A stretch of 63,411 bases of DNA, counting the filler, from Folioceros fuciformis (taxonomy: Eukaryota), in assembly GCA_049999805.1 (NCBI GenBank). It is 7 parts of 7 records of this genome, joined end to end, with 100 filler letters (N's around TTAATTAATTAA, not from the genome) between each part and the next. Parts side by side here need not be neighbours in the genome. Positions count along the whole stretch, not along the records: positions 59,863 to 63,411 come from JBNGIO010006422.1; 6 more parts are not named here. One strand, written 5' to 3'. Of this stretch, positions 60,041 to 63,411 are shown one piece after another. How positions within the stretch are numbered: the stretch's first letter is position 1; each line of letters begins with the position of its first letter. Position numbers and translations under genes: made by a program. The notes under the pieces are model-generated. The model was not told where the DNA came from, searched no databases, and saw only the letters and a list, made by a program, of their open reading frames with translations.

Positions 60041-60102
60041 CGGGGTTTCTCCAAACACGCCCCCGTAAACGGAGCAGGCTGTCGGACTGCGGATCATGAG
60101 CA

Positions 60103-60402
60103 ATGACAGGATCATTGTCGCAATACCTCGGGCTCTGTGCTTTCGTGATAGCTGTGTATCTGCTGTACCAATGGCGCGGCGAGGAAAGCAGAAAACAGAG
60201 AAGAAAACAGCGAAGCAACAATGAACAAGCAGACCACCACCGCCAGGCCTGGACGGCATTCGCGACAGAACAGCGCTGGCAAATCATGAACTGGGAATTT
60301 CAGCTACTCCTCTCTGTCGCGATGAGAAAGGTGGAGGCGATGGCGGCCAGCAGAGAAATAACCCTGGAAGAGCAGCTGAAGCAAGCTGCCGCCTGCAGCT
60401 GA
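60103..60402 (+). CDS. Copia E antisense accessory ORF: 99-aa single-pass membrane protein with polybasic juxtamembrane stretch
   Basis: MTGSLSQYLGLCAFVIAVYLLYQW-RGEESRKQRRKQR...; intact ATG to TGA, fills the pol-PPT spacer and stops 14 bp from the pol stop. Confidence 0.6.
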   Translation: MTGSLSQYLGLCAFVIAVYLLYQWRGEESRKQRRKQRSNNEQADHHRQAWTAFATEQRWQIMNWEFQLLLSVAMRKVEAMAASREITLEEQLKQAAACS

Positions 60403-63400
60403 AATAACCATCTTGACTATGGTTGAGGACAGGCCTTGATACCCAGAGCTTCCATATGTAGTAAGTGCTTGTGCGCGGGTAGATACTTAGTGAGCAAATC
60501 AGCAGTGTTCAGGTCGGTTGTAACATGCTGGATGCGCACTTCGCGTTGCTCCACAGAGTGTCTAATAAAGTGGTGATGCACTTCGATGTGCTTTGTACGA
60601 GCATGAAAACGCGGGTTGGCTGTCATAGCAATCGTAGACATGTTGTCGCAATAGATAGGGGTTGGCTGCGATTGAGGAAAGCCAAGACCACCCAGAAAAC
60701 AGCGTTCCCATATGGCTTCCTTAGAGGCTTCAGTCAAAGCCTTGTACTCTGCCTCGGTTGAGGAGAGAGCCACAGAGACTTGTTTCTTCGAACTCCAGTG
60801 GACAGCTGCACCAGAGAGGACAAAGCAGTATGCGGATATGCTTCTTCGAGCATCGGGATCGGTGGCCCAGTCGGCATCAGCCCATCCAGAAACAAGGAAA
60901 TCATCTGTTTTTCGCCCCCGGAAGCATAGCCCATAATGCATTGTTCCCTTTAAATATCGCAGGATTCGTTTCACGGCACCCCAGTGTTCCTTGCCCGGAT
61001 TGTCGAGGAACTGTGAAACGGAACTGACCGCATACTGTATGTCGGGGCGTGTCCAGCAACTTATGTAGTTCAGACACCCAACAGCATGCCGGTAGGGAAC
61101 ACTGGCCATAGCTGCTGTCTCAGAAGGAGTCTGGGGACACTGTGCAGATGTCAACTTCGAACCGGCCACTCCAGGAGTAGAGACTGGCTTGGCAGAATCA
61201 AGTTGAAAACGGCGAAGGGTTTCCAAGATGTACTTAGCCTGGTGGAGCACAATAGTGTGGGAAGAGAAATCGCGAACCAGCTGGACGCCAAGCACAAAGG
61301 TCAGAGGCCCGATATCCTTCATGTCGAATTTTTGATGAAGCATTTGCTTGACCCAAGCTAACAGGGATGGATCATTTGAGGCTAGAAGTGCATCATCGAC
61401 ATAAAGGGCAAGCACCACCATGCGGCCATCCTTGGAGTAGAGGTAAACATTAGCATCACCAGGGTTCTGCAAGAAGCCGATGGACTTGAGGTAAGCGTCT
61501 ATAGTCTTGTACCACTCGCGGGCAGACTGTTTAAGGCCGTAAATTGTCTTCTTTAGTCTGCAAACCCAGTCAGGATGCTCGGGATCTACAAACCCTTCAG
61601 GCTGCTGCATGTATATATCTTCCACAAGCTCTCCGTAGAGGAAGGCTGTGCAGACGTCCATCTGCTGGAGATCCCATGCGTTGGCAGCAGCAAGGGCAAT
61701 AATCATGCGAATGGATTGGGTCTTGACAACTGGGCTGAAAGTCTCGGTGAAATCCACGCCAGGAATTTGAGTGAAACCCCGTGCTACTAAACGGGATTTG
61801 TATCTGGCTATCTCACCATCTGCATTCAATTTGTGCTTAAAGACCCACTTGGAACTAACAACTTTGCGTCCTGCTGGCAGGGGGCAGAGTTCCCAAGTGT
61901 CATTCTTCATGAGCGAGTCATACTCGTCTTTGATTGAGGGTATCCAGAAATGCTTATCTTCACCTGTGATGGCTTCTTGATATGTACGGGGCTCAGGCTT
62001 GACAGAAGCCTGAGGAATGGACACACCAGCCCTAGGTTGACGAAAATCTATCGACTGATAGGGTGGTTCAATCCATTGAGATGGAGGCAGACGGGTCCTT
62101 CGTGGATACCTAGGCTCAGGGTCAGGTGCAGCAGGAAGAATGGCCATGGGATCACCACGGGAAGGTGCCTCCGAGCTGTTGGCCTCACCAAAATCCGACT
62201 CTGCAAGTGATTCAGCGTCATCAACCACAACGTCATGCAACTCATCTTCAGGTTCCAAATAAGGGTCCTCGTCTTGAACTGCAACACCATCCGCAGGAGG
62301 AGCAACACCCTGAACATCAGGGTTTGGAGGTATGTTTCCAAACGCTGGTGCAACTTCAGAACCTGTAGGGTTTGGAACATCTGTGATAACTTCAGACGCT
62401 GCAGCTGGTGCAGGTTGGTGATCTTCTGTAGGCGGAACTAGCAGCTGATCATAAACTGCAGGTACATCATCTTGTGGAAAAACCGTGCAGTCTTCCAGAT
62501 CAGTCATGTCAACATGAGTAACAGTTTCCTGGTTATGTGGCAGAGAGTCGAAATAAGGCTTGGCAGGAGAGACCAGTTCTTTGAACGTCACACTGCGAGC
62601 AAAGATGGCTGCCTTGGTAAGTGTGTCGTATAGCTTATATGCCTTTGCCTCTTCCCCATAGCCAACAAAAATCGTAGGCTTAGCCCTATCATCCAGCTTC
62701 TTGCGCTTCTCTTCAGGAACATACACATAGGCAGGAGATCCGAAAACTCGAAGATGGAGAAGACTTGGTTTTCTACGCCAGATAATTTCGAAGGGAGTCT
62801 TGCCTTCAACTGCACTTGTTAGAATACGGTTCAAGATGTAAGTTGCCGTCACCACTGCCTCCGCCCAAAAAGCCTTGCTTAAACCAGACCATTCTAACAT
62901 GCTCCTTGTCATCCCTAACAGAGTTTGATTCCTTCTCTCAGCGACGCCGTTCTGCTGCTGAGTGTAAGGAACTATGAGCTGCCGCACAATTCCGTTGTCG
63001 AGAAGAAACTGGGTAAAGTGAGCATGGACAAACTCTGTCCCGTTATCTGTACGGAGACATTTCAAGAGCAAGCCGGTTTGCCGTTGAATCATGGCCAACC
63101 ACTCCTGGAAGACACTAAATGTGTCGGACTTCAGCCTAAGTGGGTAAGTCCAGGAGTACCTACTATAATCATCTGTGAGTGTTAAGTAGTATCTTGCTCC
63201 CCCTAAACTGGGAATGTGGATTTTGCCAGAAATGTCTGCATGAACGAGATCAAGGACTTGAGATGCACGGTGGGCAATGGTTCTAGGAAAAGGGACTTCT
63301 TTCTGCTTGGCTATCACACAAGCATCACACAGGGGTAAGTCCTTAAAACACTTAGGCAGAGGCTCTCGGTAACATGTGAGGTTGGACATTTTTATCAGTT

Positions 63401-63411
63401 TGGCCCGATTA

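Larger units (their letters stand above)
59863..63411 (-). mobile_element. Copia element E: intact IN-RT-RNaseH to stop 60417, 3' spacer, PPT (60058-60064), 3' LTR (59863-60057); runs off the window end
   Basis: 990-aa open frame with VHADISG, RTDNGTEF, LYVDD, WADADWA, STEAEY and ADLLTK. GGGGGCG PPT followed by a TGTT...AACA LTR. Confidence 0.96.

Noticed and set aside
59993-60287. Minus-strand ORFs with a Phe/Cys-rich hydrophobic patch in the E spacer
   Set aside because: The hydrophobicity mirrors the purine-rich polybasic codons of the plus-strand ORF, and these frames cross the PPT into the LTR. Less parsimonious, though not formally excluded.

Overview
Eukaryotic land-plant nuclear DNA, probably from a seed-free plant with a compact genome. 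A hornwort is plausible from the short introns, high GC, WW-type PPR-DYW gene and germin gene, but this is inference. Positions 1-22.4 kb hold eight tightly packed genes: apyrase, gamma-carbonic-anhydrase-like, plastid RPS9, proteasome beta1/PBA1, a receptor-like kinase, COG1, PRP16 and a PLS-class PPR. Positions 22.6-30.5 kb hold a decayed L1-type LINE with a very long ORF1 region. Beyond 30.5 kb the window is short scaffolds joined by artificial N44-TTAATTAATTAA-N44 spacers; these carry one germin-like gene and about seven Ty1/Copia pieces. The main discovery candidate is a set of related Copia elements with two accessory ORFs. The first is a coiled-coil ORF0 upstream of gag, seen three times, with two copies alignable without gaps. 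The second is an antisense small single-pass membrane-protein ORF between pol and the PPT, also seen three times.
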